44,316 nt of DNA, taken from the NCBI GenBank assembly GCA_963582805.1, contig CAUZTZ010000001.1, forward strand, positions 1 to 44,316. The letters run 5' to 3'. Below the pieces are notes generated by a model. That model saw only the letters and a list, made by a program, of their open reading frames with translations, was not told the DNA's origin and made no database searches. Shown piece after piece: positions 17,413-27,342 of the stretch. Origin of the DNA: Alphaproteobacteria bacterium. GTDB lineage: Bacteria; Pseudomonadota; Alphaproteobacteria; Rhodospirillales; UBA2165. Each line of letters starts with the position of its first letter. Positions within the stretch are counted from its first letter, which is position 1. A program made the translations under genes and the position numbers.

Positions 17413-18432
17413 TTAACTCGGCGGCATCAAATGTTTTGGAACTTTAACGCCGATCTCCTTGTAGTACCTGTACGCGCCGGGATGCAGCGGCACATTGAGA
17501 ACCGACAATGGATCTTTCCTCGTCATATTCACCAACCAAGGATTGGCCTTGTGGATTTCGTCGATATTGTCGAAATAACTCTTGGTGATCTTGTAGATCA
17601 CATCGTCGGACACATGCACCCCGGCGACCTGGGTCAAACCGAAGGACGGCAGAATTAGGTCTGTCCGGTTGTTGACGATGCCTTTATAGGTGTTGGCGGG
17701 CAATTTTCCGAGACCACGGCCGGGTACGCCGATTAATTTTTTGAACCCGCTTGTAGCGATATCGGCCTGCGTAACTTCCAACAGGCGAACGGGCCGGATG
17801 CTAACCAATTCTTCCATCATCGCCGATGGCACGGTCATCGGGCGCACATAGGCGTCCAGCTGACCATCGCGCATGGCTTGCTGGCCGGATCCCCAGTTAA
17901 GGCGGACGGCGGTATATTCTTTGTTGGGCTCGAACCCGGTCATGGCGCGGATGAAGCTTTCGGACATGACCGCGGCGGCGCCCGACGGCGGCCCGGTAAA
18001 TACCTTCTTGCCCCTAAGATCACTCCATTTCTTTACCGGAGATTTGTCCCAAACGATCGGATGGTAAAATCCACATTCATATCCATACATGCCGCGCAGT
18101 TTCGACGCCATCGCCGATGAGCGTTTCTGGCCCAGCTTTTTGTACATGGCCACGCCCTTTTTCATGAACACGTAGGGCGCCGGCACGAAGGACGCAATAT
18201 CGATTTTCTTCTGCGCCACCAGCATCGCCGATTTGGTCAGGGTTTTGCCTTCGTTGACCTGAATATTAACGCCGGCGCGCGATGCGTATTTGGCGCTGAG
18301 GATCATCACCGTGTGCGGGCAGCCGGTCGCGGTTTCGGCTTTGATGCTTTGCGCCAATGTGGGCGACGAATGGCCGGCAATCAGCGCCGCGCCGAGAAGC
18401 GTGCCCGCGAGGGCGATAGATGTTTTAACCAT
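17413..18432 (-). CDS. TAXI-family TRAP transporter solute-binding receptor
   Basis: The signal peptide is MVKTSIALAGTLLGAALIAGHSSPTLA. The size (339 aa) and the C-terminal ...PLHPGAYRYYKEIG motif are typical of the TAXI/immunogenic-protein family. Confidence 0.8.
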   Translation of the reverse strand: MVKTSIALAGTLLGAALIAGHSSPTLAQSIKAETATGCPHTVMILSAKYASRAGVNIQVNEGKTLTKSAMLVAQKKIDIASFVPAPYVFMKKGVAMYKKLGQKRSSAMASKLRGMYGYECGFYHPIVWDKSPVKKWSDLRGKKVFTGPPSGAAAVMSESFIRAMTGFEPNKEYTAVRLNWGSGQQAMRDGQLDAYVRPMTVPSAMMEELVSIRPVRLLEVTQADIATSGFKKLIGVPGRGLGKLPANTYKGIVNNRTDLILPSFGLTQVAGVHVSDDVIYKITKSYFDNIDEIHKANPWLVNMTRKDPLSVLNVPLHPGAYRYYKEIGVKVPKHLMPPS

Positions 18433-18482
18433 AATGAAGCTCCCACGTTGTGAATTGAATTTTTATTGCACCCACTATAGAC

Positions 18483-18498
18483 GAATGCACGCGCATTC
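18483..18498. promoter_or_regulatory. Palindrome GAATGCACGCGCATTC upstream of the TAXI-TRAP operon (candidate operator)
   Basis: Perfect 6-bp arms GAATGC/GCATTC with a 4-bp spacer, about 50-65 bp upstream of the TAXI start codon. Confidence 0.35.
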
Positions 18499-18571
18499 AT
18501 CAAATGCCATATTACCGGCACCCGGGTACGCACCAATCACGACCCATTCAAGGGTGTATTGATTATAGAAT

Positions 18572-19042
18572 CTAAACCAGGCTGTTGGTGGCGCGCAGGC
18601 GCCTGGACAACGTTACCGCGACGGAGCGGTAAAACCGCTGCCCGAATTCCACGTCTTCGGCGATCAGGTTATCCAGACCAACGCCAAGGATTTGAAGCAC
18701 CACCACGTGGCTGTCGGCAATAACGCTGGCGCTGATCCTGGATTTCTCCAGGAATGACATTTCGCCGAAGATGCAGGCGATGCCAATTTCGGCGAGCTGG
18801 ACGATCTCGCCATTATCGGAGCGTTCGATGCGCACCCTTCCATCGGTGATAAAATAGAGGGAATCGTTAATCTGGTCCTGTTTCAGGATCACATCACCCT
18901 GCATAAACTCGAGCCGCTGGCCGAGATCGAACAGGTTGCGCCAATCGTCGCCGGTCAGATTGCCGAGCACCAGCCCGCCCATGGCCTGCTGGCTATCCGG
19001 CATCTTATCGAAGTCTAAACTGACGATATTATCGTCCGACAT
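18572..19042 (-). CDS. Cyclic nucleotide-binding domain protein (stand-alone cNMP domain)
   Basis: FGEMSFL..SRISASVIA and the RRLRATN C-helix are present. ATG at 19042 is preceded by GGGAGGGA. No DNA-binding domain is evident. Confidence 0.7.
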   Translation of the reverse strand: MSDDNIVSLDFDKMPDSQQAMGGLVLGNLTGDDWRNLFDLGQRLEFMQGDVILKQDQINDSLYFITDGRVRIERSDNGEIVQLAEIGIACIFGEMSFLEKSRISASVIADSHVVVLQILGVGLDNLIAEDVEFGQRFYRSVAVTLSRRLRATNSLV

Positions 19043-19242
19043 TGGATCGTCCCTCCCGAGGAGGCGCAATATAGCACCGGCGCATCACGTTTCAATTGTT
19101 TTTGAATTGTTTCGATAAATTTATATGGTAACGGGAATATTGGGCGGGCGACGGCAAAAGCGGGCTACCATCGGGCCCGCCAATTCAATATGCTGGGCTT
19201 TGAGCCTTCCAATCACCGCTGCAAACCAAAGGGATCATCCAC

Positions 19243-20754
19243 ATGGCAGACGCACCTTCAACCCTTTCCAATCACAGTGATCTGGATGCCTGGCTGGAAA
19301 GGGTGGAAGCCCTCGGCCAGTTGAAGCGCATCACCGCCGAGGTGGACCCGGACCTGGAAACCTCGACCCTGACCTATATGGTCGGCCAGGAAGAAGGCGG
19401 CCCGGCATTGTTGTTCGAAAACATCAAGGGCCATCCCGGCCACAAGGCGGTCTACAACATGATCGGCAGCTCTCTCGACCGGTTCTGTCTGGCCATCGGC
19501 GAGGAGCCCATGGACCATGCCCTGGATGCAGTCAAAGTCCTCAAAGAAAAGATGCAACAGAAAGTGCCGCCCAACGAGATCGGCGGCGACGGCCTTTTGG
19601 TCAACCAGAATGTGGAGACCGGCAACGATATCGACATCACCAAATTTCCGGCGCCGCGCATGTGGCCGCTGGACGGCGGCAAATATCTCGGCACCGGCAC
19701 GGCGGTCCTGACCCGCGATCCGGAATCGGGCCGCATCAATGTGGGCGCCTACCGCCAGATGATCAAATCGGCAAACGAGATCGGGCTCTACACCTCGCCC
19801 GGCAAGGACGGCGGTCTGGACCGCGACAAATGGTTTGCCAAGGGCTTACCGATGCCGGTGGCGCTCTGTTACGGCATCGATCCCACCTTGTTCGTGGTCG
19901 CCGCGACCTCGTTTCCGAAGACCGAAAGCGAGCTCGACTATTACGGCGGCATCAACGGCGCGCCCATGGACGTGTTTATCTCGGACGTCACCGGTCTGCC
20001 GCTGCCGGCCGGCGCCGAGATTATTTTGGAAGGCCACTGCTATCCGGAAGACGAATTTGCCGAGGGCCCGTTCGGCGAGTTCACCGGCTATTACGGCCGG
20101 CCGCTGGCAGCGACGCCATTTGTGCGCATCGAAAAAGTGCGCTACCGGGACAACCCGACGCTGACCTGCGCGCTGATGGCCGATGGCCTGGCCAACGAAT
20201 GCGGCCTGTTTTGGGCGTCCGTGCGCGCCTCGAAAATATGGAACGATCTCGACAATATGGGCGTGCCGGGGGTGCAAGGCGTCTGGTCGATCCCGGAAGC
20301 CGCCGGCTGGGGCATCACCGTTGTCTCCATCAAACAGATGTATGCGGGCCACGCGCCGCAGACCATGGCCTTGGCGGCGCAATGCATGGGCGGCGCCTAT
20401 TTCGGCAAGTTCGTGATTGTCGTCGATGACGATATCGACCCCACCGACAACGGCCAGGTTCTATGGGCGATGGCCACCCGCGCCCGGCCCTCGGCCTCCA
20501 TCGATATCCTGCGCGAAACCTGGTCCACCTATCTGGACCCCAGCCTGAACCCGCCGGAAGAACGGCCCTGGGGCTCCAAATGCCTGATCAACGCCTGCAT
20601 GGATTTCAAGCATATCAAGGATTTCTCGCCGCGCACCAAGCTCTCCAAGGCGGCCTACGAAAACGTCGTTGCGCGCTGGGCCGAATATGGCATGGACGGC
20701 GAGCCGCCGCGCATGACCGTATTCGAAGACACCGAGTTCAAGGAGAAGATTTAA
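19243..20754 (+). CDS. UbiD-family (prFMN-dependent) decarboxylase, paralog 1
   Basis: 503 aa with DGGKYLGTG, INVGAYR, EGPFGEFTGYY and KFVIVVDDDIDPTD, all hallmark UbiD blocks. Confidence 0.88.
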   Translation: MADAPSTLSNHSDLDAWLERVEALGQLKRITAEVDPDLETSTLTYMVGQEEGGPALLFENIKGHPGHKAVYNMIGSSLDRFCLAIGEEPMDHALDAVKVLKEKMQQKVPPNEIGGDGLLVNQNVETGNDIDITKFPAPRMWPLDGGKYLGTGTAVLTRDPESGRINVGAYRQMIKSANEIGLYTSPGKDGGLDRDKWFAKGLPMPVALCYGIDPTLFVVAATSFPKTESELDYYGGINGAPMDVFISDVTGLPLPAGAEIILEGHCYPEDEFAEGPFGEFTGYYGRPLAATPFVRIEKVRYRDNPTLTCALMADGLANECGLFWASVRASKIWNDLDNMGVPGVQGVWSIPEAAGWGITVVSIKQMYAGHAPQTMALAAQCMGGAYFGKFVIVVDDDIDPTDNGQVLWAMATRARPSASIDILRETWSTYLDPSLNPPEERPWGSKCLINACMDFKHIKDFSPRTKLSKAAYENVVARWAEYGMDGEPPRMTVFEDTEFKEKI

Positions 20755-20826
20755 AGTCCGGGTGTAATTTACACCAGATTCTTTAAATGAGCGGCCCGAT
20801 TTAACGGTAATTTGCTACCGCGAATT

Positions 20827-21765
20827 TCACGGCCGGGCCGCCAGCGGATGGCTGGTTTCAACCAGCCGCTTGAGCCGGTCTTCGAGCACGTGGGTATAGA
20901 TCTGCGTCGTCGAAATATCGGCGTGACCGAGCATTTGCTGCAATGAGCGCAAATCGGCGCCGTGGGCCAGCAGATGACTGGCGAACGAATGGCGCAACAC
21001 ATGCGGCGAGACCCGCGCCGGATCGATGCCGGCAATCACCGCCAGCGTCTTTAATTTGCGCGCCACGGTCGCCCGCGTGAGGTGCCCGCCAGCCGCCGTG
21101 GACGGAAACAAAAAGGCCGAGCTGCGCCCAGCCCCGATGAAATCGGCGCGCACCTCCAAGTAGCTGGCGATGGCGTCTCTGGCCGGATCGCCCAAGGGCA
21201 CCATGCGCTCCTTGCCGCCCTTGCCGCGCACCATCAGCATCTGGCCATCGCGCGAAATCGCCGACAATGGCAATCCGGCCAATTCCGAAACCCGTAAGCC
21301 AGTGGCATAGAGCGCTTCGATGAGCGCGGTGGCGCGCAGGCCCTCGGCCCCTTCGAGACCACCGGCGGCGGCGATCAGCGCCTCCACCTCCGCCTCGCCA
21401 AGATATTTGGGCAGCGGCTGGCCCAGCTTGGGCGCATCGATGGCTTGCGCCGGATCATCGCCCCTTGTGCCCTCGGCAAACAAAAACGCAAAAAACTGGC
21501 GCAGCACGCTAAGCCGTCTGGCTTGGGTCGCAGCTGAGCGCCCGCGGCCCCGAAGCCCGGCCAGATAGTCGCGGATGTTTTTGGCATCGGCGGCTTCGAT
21601 GGCGCGCCCCCGGCGGCCCGCGAAGGCGGCAAAATCGGCCAGATCGCGGCGGTAGGCGTCCAGGGTATGCACCGACGCGCCGCGTTCGGCGGCCATCATC
21701 TCCAAAAATATCTCCAGATGGCGGGAGATAGGCGGTGCGGGCCGGGCGCGCCGGGCGGAAGTCAC
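20827..21765 (-). CDS. xerD: Site-specific tyrosine recombinase XerD
   Basis: N-terminal SAM-like FLEMMAAERGASVHTLDAYRRDL. C-terminal catalytic ATGLRVSEL ... HVLRHSFASHLL ... LGHADISTTQIYTHV. Probable GTG start. Confidence 0.88.
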   Translation of the reverse strand: MTSARRARPAPPISRHLEIFLEMMAAERGASVHTLDAYRRDLADFAAFAGRRGRAIEAADAKNIRDYLAGLRGRGRSAATQARRLSVLRQFFAFLFAEGTRGDDPAQAIDAPKLGQPLPKYLGEAEVEALIAAAGGLEGAEGLRATALIEALYATGLRVSELAGLPLSAISRDGQMLMVRGKGGKERMVPLGDPARDAIASYLEVRADFIGAGRSSAFLFPSTAAGGHLTRATVARKLKTLAVIAGIDPARVSPHVLRHSFASHLLAHGADLRSLQQMLGHADISTTQIYTHVLEDRLKRLVETSHPLAARP

Positions 21766-21774
21766 TGGCGCAAC

Positions 21775-23802
21775 TTATATGCCCGCGGCGACGGCGGCTT
21801 CGATGGCCAGAGCGCGGGCTTCATCGCCAAGCCCGACGCCGCGCAAACTTTCGATCACCGTGCGCAGCAAGGTTGGATCGGCCTCGGTCGGGCCGGCCTG
21901 GCCGAGAGCGGTCAGGGCCAGCAACACGGTTTCGCCAACCCGTTGTTGCACCGCCGCGTTGCGCAGGTTGCGCCAGAACACCGGGCGCGGCACCACGGTC
22001 GTGCGCTGCGGCGGCCCGCTCAACAGGCCTTCCCATTGCCGGTCCGGCACCTCGTCGCCGAGCGCTTCGAGCAAGTTGTAGAGCAGCGCCGAGCGCGCCA
22101 GAACCTGATCTTCGTTCACCACGGTGCCGTTTTCGGCGCGCCGTTGGCTGTTTTGCCAGGCGCCCAAAACCGCCGGCGCCCAATCGTCGTCGGAGACGGC
22201 GCCGGCCAGCCGCGCCAGGGGAAACAATTCATCGCGCAGCATGGCCGATTTTTCATCGAACACGGCGGACGTGCGCACCACATCCAGCCACGCCGCCGCC
22301 GTTTCCAGATCCCCCGTCGCCAGCAGCGCGCGCACCACATCGGCGGCGAACCAGACCAGGTCGCGGGACGGCTTGAATTCCCGCAAAACGTCCGCATAGA
22401 CCCGGGCGGTGGATTGGAAGCGGCCGCCGTCGCGGGCCAGGGTCAGCGCCTGGGAGACAATGCCGGCCTTCGCCGTCGGGATGCTTTCGACCAAGGCTTT
22501 CCGGTACAGGAGCGCGCGGCTCAACGGGCTGCGTTCGCTTTCCGCCGTGGTCAGCGGGTTTTCCAGAACCTCTTGCGAAAAGGTGACGCTGGTGTAGAGA
22601 TCGCGCAATATGCGGGTTTCCAGGGCGCCCATGGCTTCGGCCCGCTCGGCGGCGTCGATGCGCAGTTCCGGGTGCAGTCCCGGGGTGCGCGCCACGGTCT
22701 TCAGCACCGCCGGATGGTTGGACGAAATCACGTCGCCGGGCAACTTGGCTTTGGCGGCGCGGGCCATGGCGAAATGCAGCGGGCGCGGATTGCCCATGCT
22801 TTCGATCTTCGGCTTTTCCAATCCTGCCAGGGCGTCGATCAGGTTGTAAAATACCGGATCTTCCTCGCCCTGTTCTTCCAAAAGTGTAACGCCGAGCGAG
22901 GCGCGCTCATGTTCGCCGGCCAGCGCCTGGCAGAAGATGAAGGCTTTGCGCCAATAGACCGTCGCCACTTGCCGAATTTGGCTGGCGACCAGCGGGCAGA
23001 CGCGCGCATAGTCGTTGCCGTAGAACAATATATCGGCTTCGTTGCGCAACAATATCTGATCGTTTTCCCGGTCCGGCGCGACTTTCAGCAACGCGTCCAC
23101 GGCGCCGATATCACCCATCGCCGCCAGGCGCTCGATACGCAAATGGATGAGCCCTTTTTGCGGGCTCGGCGGAATGTTTTGCGGCGGTTTTTGCGGCGCG
23201 GCTTGGTCACTGCTGGCTTTGTAAGTACTGGCGGCCTCGCCCGGCACATTTGCCAGCGGCGCCTTGGCGACGCTCAATAAAAGCCGCCGCAGCAGTCCGC
23301 GCATGATCCGCGACGACGATTGCGCCGGCACGCTGGGCAGCAGCGTCTCCACCAAGGAGCGCCGGGTCCCGGCCCACATTTCCAGTCCGAAGCCGCCCTC
23401 ATCATCACCGAGGGTGCCGATCGAATCCCGGTCGGTGGCGTCGAGCGCCTCCACATCGAACTTGACCGGCAGCAATCCGGGGCGGGATTTGGCCGCGTCC
23501 CCTTCTTCGCTTTTCGGCGCCGTCGTCGGCGCCAGCGATGTGGGCCGGGTGGGCGGCTCAAGCGATTGGACCGGCAGCAAAGGCTTGGGCGGAACCACCG
23601 CTTCTGGCGCCGGCGCCGGGGGCTGGAGCGGTTGCGGCGCTATGTTTTGCGGCGCAATGGGCCCTGGCGCGGGCGGGCGCAACGGTTGGGTGGTCACCCC
23701 TTGGCCGAGGGCGGCGGCGCTTAAACCAACCGATAATGCCAGGGACAGAAACAAGGCGCCGGCACGGCCCGGAAATTTCGGCTTATTTGGGGAAACGGTC
23801 AT
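21775..23802 (-). CDS. Large secreted hypothetical protein (signal peptide, Pro-rich N-region, long alpha-helical repeat-like body), co-transcribed with xerD
   Basis: 675 aa starting MTVSPNKPKFPGRAGALFLSLALSVGLSAAALGQG, then a P/A-rich tract. The stop is 9 nt before the xerD start. Confidence 0.7.
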   Translation of the reverse strand: MTVSPNKPKFPGRAGALFLSLALSVGLSAAALGQGVTTQPLRPPAPGPIAPQNIAPQPLQPPAPAPEAVVPPKPLLPVQSLEPPTRPTSLAPTTAPKSEEGDAAKSRPGLLPVKFDVEALDATDRDSIGTLGDDEGGFGLEMWAGTRRSLVETLLPSVPAQSSSRIMRGLLRRLLLSVAKAPLANVPGEAASTYKASSDQAAPQKPPQNIPPSPQKGLIHLRIERLAAMGDIGAVDALLKVAPDRENDQILLRNEADILFYGNDYARVCPLVASQIRQVATVYWRKAFIFCQALAGEHERASLGVTLLEEQGEEDPVFYNLIDALAGLEKPKIESMGNPRPLHFAMARAAKAKLPGDVISSNHPAVLKTVARTPGLHPELRIDAAERAEAMGALETRILRDLYTSVTFSQEVLENPLTTAESERSPLSRALLYRKALVESIPTAKAGIVSQALTLARDGGRFQSTARVYADVLREFKPSRDLVWFAADVVRALLATGDLETAAAWLDVVRTSAVFDEKSAMLRDELFPLARLAGAVSDDDWAPAVLGAWQNSQRRAENGTVVNEDQVLARSALLYNLLEALGDEVPDRQWEGLLSGPPQRTTVVPRPVFWRNLRNAAVQQRVGETVLLALTALGQAGPTEADPTLLRTVIESLRGVGLGDEARALAIEAAVAAGI

Positions 23803-23923
23803 TGGACAGAACTTTCTCGATCGGCGTCACCGGCGCCGGGATATCCCAGGTCGACAGAAACATCACGGCGCCCGCGATAATGGCGAGGACGACAATGACA
23901 GCAAGGCGGGTCAGGCTTTTCAT
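23783..23923 (-). CDS. Small single-TM protein (46 aa), not in the supplied ORF track
   Basis: Hand translation gives MKSLTRLAVIVVLAIIAGAVMFLSTWDIPAPVTPIEKVLSNDRFPK*. It overlaps the start of the 675-aa gene by 20 nt in another frame. Confidence 0.4.
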   Translation of the reverse strand: MKSLTRLAVIVVLAIIAGAVMFLSTWDIPAPVTPIEKVLSNDRFPK

Positions 23924-24148
23924 CAATGCTGAGTTCCAATGGTCCCAAAAAACTGCTTCTTAATTCCGCCGCCGCAACAAAAGCGGGCGGTCTCTCATAT
24001 GCAACCTTAATGGTATCACTCTAAGTCCGTTGGCACCTGTTGAAAAAGATGTGATATCTTCGAATCGTGGCAATATTTCGGCAGTCTATCCTCTCGGGAA
24101 ACCGCTTTCAATGTCGCCAAGTGGCGGACAAGACATTAAAAAACAACA

Positions 24149-24715
24149 ATGATTCAAAACACACCAACTTCCAAGCCCGGCCCGGACAAGCAATTCATCG
24201 TCCTCATCGGGCTGATGGGTTCGGGCAAGACCAGCATCGGACGCCGTATTTCGGACGCCACCGGCTTGGCGTTCATCGATACCGACGAGGAAGTGGTGAA
24301 GGCGGCCGGCTGCCCGATACCGGAAATCTTTGCCCGCTTCGGCGAGGAAGAATTCCGCAGCGGCGAGCGCCGGGTCATCCAGCGAATCTTGGAAGGCGCG
24401 CCCGCCGTCATCGCCACCGGCGGCGGCTCGTTCATGGATTCCGGCACGCGCAACGCGGTCGCCAAGCAAGGCGTCACCATCTGGCTGCGCGCCGGCTTGG
24501 ATACGCTGGTCGAGCGCACCCAGCGCAAGAACACCCGCCCGCTGCTTCGCGGAGGCGATCCAAGGGAAATTCTGGCGCAGCTGATGGAGGAACGCTATCC
24601 CATTTACGGCAAAGCCGATATCATCGTCGAAGTGGGCGCCGAGCATGCGGATCAAACGGCGAGGCGCGCCATGAGCATGCTCGATGCGTTCCGCAAAACA
24701 GGGCCAATACTATGA
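24149..24715 (+). CDS. aroK: Shikimate kinase
   Basis: Walker A GLMGSGKTSIGR, plus DTDEEV and FRSGE motifs. Confidence 0.92.
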   Translation: MIQNTPTSKPGPDKQFIVLIGLMGSGKTSIGRRISDATGLAFIDTDEEVVKAAGCPIPEIFARFGEEEFRSGERRVIQRILEGAPAVIATGGGSFMDSGTRNAVAKQGVTIWLRAGLDTLVERTQRKNTRPLLRGGDPREILAQLMEERYPIYGKADIIVEVGAEHADQTARRAMSMLDAFRKTGPIL

Positions 24716-25821
24716 GCGATAGCGAAATTCTTCATCTGGCGCTGAGGCCGCGCAGCTACGATATTCATGTCGGCGGCGGGCTGCTGGACCAGGCCGGGGC
24801 GCTGGCGGCACCGCTGCTCAAAAGCCCGGGCGCGATCATAATCTCGGACCAAAACGTCGCCCCGCTTTACTTGCAACGGCTGTGCGATAGCCTGACCGGC
24901 GCTGGCATCGAATGCCCTTCCATCGTTATCCCGGCGGGCGAGCAGACCAAGGATTTCCATCATTTCGAAGAGCTGCTCAACACCTTGCTGGACATGAATA
25001 TCGAACGCTCCACCACGCTTATTGCGCTCGGCGGCGGCGTCATCGGTGATCTGACCGGCTTTGCCGCTTCGGTAATCCTGCGCGGCGTCGATTACATCCA
25101 GGTGCCGACCACGCTCCTCGCCCAGGTCGACAGCGCCGTCGGCGGCAAGACCGGCATCGATACGGCGCACGGCAAAAATCTGGTCGGCGCCTTTTATCAG
25201 CCGCGTCTGGTGATCGCCGATCTGGACACCCTCGATACATTGCCGGCGGGCGAGCTGCGCGCCGGCTATGCCGAGACCATAAAATACGGGCTGATCAATG
25301 ATGCGGAATTTTTCGCCTGGCTGGAAGGCGCCGGGGCGGCGCTGCTGGATGGCGACGCCGATGCCCGCCGCCGCGCCGTTGTTCATAGCTGCCGCGCCAA
25401 GGCCGAAATCGTCGCCGAGGATGAGCGCGAAGGCGGCCGCCGCGCCTTGTTGAACTTAGGCCATACCTTCGGCCATGCGCTGGAAGCCCAGGCGGGCTTT
25501 TCGGGCGCGCTTTTGCACGGCGAAGCGGTGGCCATCGGCTGCGTCATGGCGTTCGAACTTTCCGCGCGGCTGGGATTGTGCCCCGCCGAAGACGCGGCGC
25601 GCATCCGCACCCATTATTCGGCTATAGGCCTGCCCACCAGCCCGCCCGCCATCGACGGCGTTGCCTGGGACGCGGACCAGTTGCTCGACCATATGGCCGC
25701 CGACAAAAAGGTCGAGGACGGCGCCATCACGTTCATATTGGCGCGCGCCATCGGCGCGGCGTTTATCGCCAAGGATATCGATCCGGGCGATGTGCGCGCC
25801 GTCCTTGCCGGCTCCGTGTAA
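24712..25821 (+). CDS. aroB: 3-dehydroquinate synthase
   Basis: The ATGA overlaps the aroK stop. Motifs GGGVIGDLTGFAAS, RGVDYIQVPTTLLAQVDSAVGGKTGI and LNLGHTFGHALE. Confidence 0.92.
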   Translation: MSDSEILHLALRPRSYDIHVGGGLLDQAGALAAPLLKSPGAIIISDQNVAPLYLQRLCDSLTGAGIECPSIVIPAGEQTKDFHHFEELLNTLLDMNIERSTTLIALGGGVIGDLTGFAASVILRGVDYIQVPTTLLAQVDSAVGGKTGIDTAHGKNLVGAFYQPRLVIADLDTLDTLPAGELRAGYAETIKYGLINDAEFFAWLEGAGAALLDGDADARRRAVVHSCRAKAEIVAEDEREGGRRALLNLGHTFGHALEAQAGFSGALLHGEAVAIGCVMAFELSARLGLCPAEDAARIRTHYSAIGLPTSPPAIDGVAWDADQLLDHMAADKKVEDGAITFILARAIGAAFIAKDIDPGDVRAVLAGSV

Positions 25822-25901
25822 TGCCCGCCGCCGGCAGGAGCCATTTGCAACCTGACCCAAACCTGACCCAAGCCCATGATGCAATCAAACGGTAGACAAC
25901 C

Positions 25902-27215
25902 ATGTTGATGATTTCAGGCGCTATTCTCCTCCTCCTCATATTATCGGCTTTCTTTTCGGGTTCGGAAACGGCGCTGACCGCCGCGTCGAAGCCGCTGATG
26001 CATCAATTGGATCGGCAAGGCAACCGGCGCGCCGGTCTGGTCAATCGCCTGCACGAAAATAAAGGGCCGCTGCTGGGCGCCATTTTGATCGGCAACAATC
26101 TGGTCAATATCCTGGCCTCGGCGCTGGCCACCAGCGTTCTGATCGGGGCGTTCGGCGAGGCCGGCATCGCCTATGCAACCATCCTCATGACCTTGCTGAT
26201 TGTCATGTTCTCGGAGATTCTGCCGAAGACCTATGCCATGCACAACGCCGACCGGTTCGCCCTCGCCGTGGCGCCGGTCATGCGCCCGGTGGTGCGGCTG
26301 TTCTCGCCGCTGACCTGGGCGACGCAGATCATGGTCCGCAGCGTCCTCGGCCTGTTTGGCATGAGCCTCAACCCGGACGAGCCGTTCGTGCCGGCCACCG
26401 AAGAATTGCGCGGCGCCATCGCCTTGCACGAAGGCGACAACAAGGCGGTGCGACACGAACGCGCGATGTTGCACAGCGTCCTCGATCTCGCCGAGGTCGA
26501 GGTCGAAGAGATCATGGTGCACCGGAAAACCGTAATCTCGGTCAATGCCGACGATCCGGCCGATGTGATCCTCGATCAAATTCTGGCCAGCCCGCACACC
26601 CGCCTGCCGCTGTGGCGGGGCGAGACCGACAACGTTATCGGCGTTGTCCATGTGAAGGAAATCCTGCGCGCCCTCAACAACCGCGAAGGCGATATCGAGG
26701 CCTTGAATATCGAGGCCTTGGCGGCGGCGCCCTGGTTCGTTCCGGAAACCACGCGCTTGCTGGACCAGTTGGACGCCTTTCGCTCCCGGCGCGAGCATTT
26801 CGCCCTGGTGGTGGATGAATATGGCAGCCTCATGGGGGTCGTCACCTTGGAAGATATCTTGGAGGAAATCGTCGGCGATATCTCCGACGAGCACGATATC
26901 GCCGTTCCCGGCCTGCATCCGCAGCCCGACGGCTCCTTGATCGTCGATGGCCAGTTCACCATCCGCGATCTCAACCGGCAGATGGAATGGTCCCTCCCCG
27001 ACGAAGAAGCGGCCACCATCGCCGGCCTGGTGTTGCACGAAAGCCGGCGAATACCCGAGGAAGGTCAGGTGTTTATATTCTACGGCTTCCGCTTCGAAAT
27101 ACTGCGCCGCCAGCGCCATCAGATCACTTCTATCCGCCTGTCTCCGCCTCGTAATATCGAGGGTAATACAACAGAAGCGAGTGAATTACCGGCCCAAGAC
27201 ATTGATTCTAAATAG
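25902..27215 (+). CDS. HlyC/CorC family transporter (DUF21 TM domain, CBS pair, CorC_HlyC)
   Basis: The N-terminal 4-TM DUF21 has SGSETAL. It is followed by a CBS pair and the C-terminal transporter-associated domain. Confidence 0.85.
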   Translation: MLMISGAILLLLILSAFFSGSETALTAASKPLMHQLDRQGNRRAGLVNRLHENKGPLLGAILIGNNLVNILASALATSVLIGAFGEAGIAYATILMTLLIVMFSEILPKTYAMHNADRFALAVAPVMRPVVRLFSPLTWATQIMVRSVLGLFGMSLNPDEPFVPATEELRGAIALHEGDNKAVRHERAMLHSVLDLAEVEVEEIMVHRKTVISVNADDPADVILDQILASPHTRLPLWRGETDNVIGVVHVKEILRALNNREGDIEALNIEALAAAPWFVPETTRLLDQLDAFRSRREHFALVVDEYGSLMGVVTLEDILEEIVGDISDEHDIAVPGLHPQPDGSLIVDGQFTIRDLNRQMEWSLPDEEAATIAGLVLHESRRIPEEGQVFIFYGFRFEILRRQRHQITSIRLSPPRNIEGNTTEASELPAQDIDSK

Positions 27216-27342
27216 TCTTGTCGGGCGGCCCAACCGGCCGGCTGAATATGGCATATTTCTTAAGTTACCCTACCAATTTACACCGGAATTCGCTATTATA
27301 GGGGCAACAACGATCTGGCATTAATTTTCAGGAGCGGAAAGG

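Noticed and set aside
20827-21765. Tyrosine recombinase as an island or prophage integrase
   Set aside because: The full XerD-type N- and C-domains, the operon context next to aroK-aroB, and the absence of flanking att repeats or phage genes all argue for the housekeeping dif recombinase.
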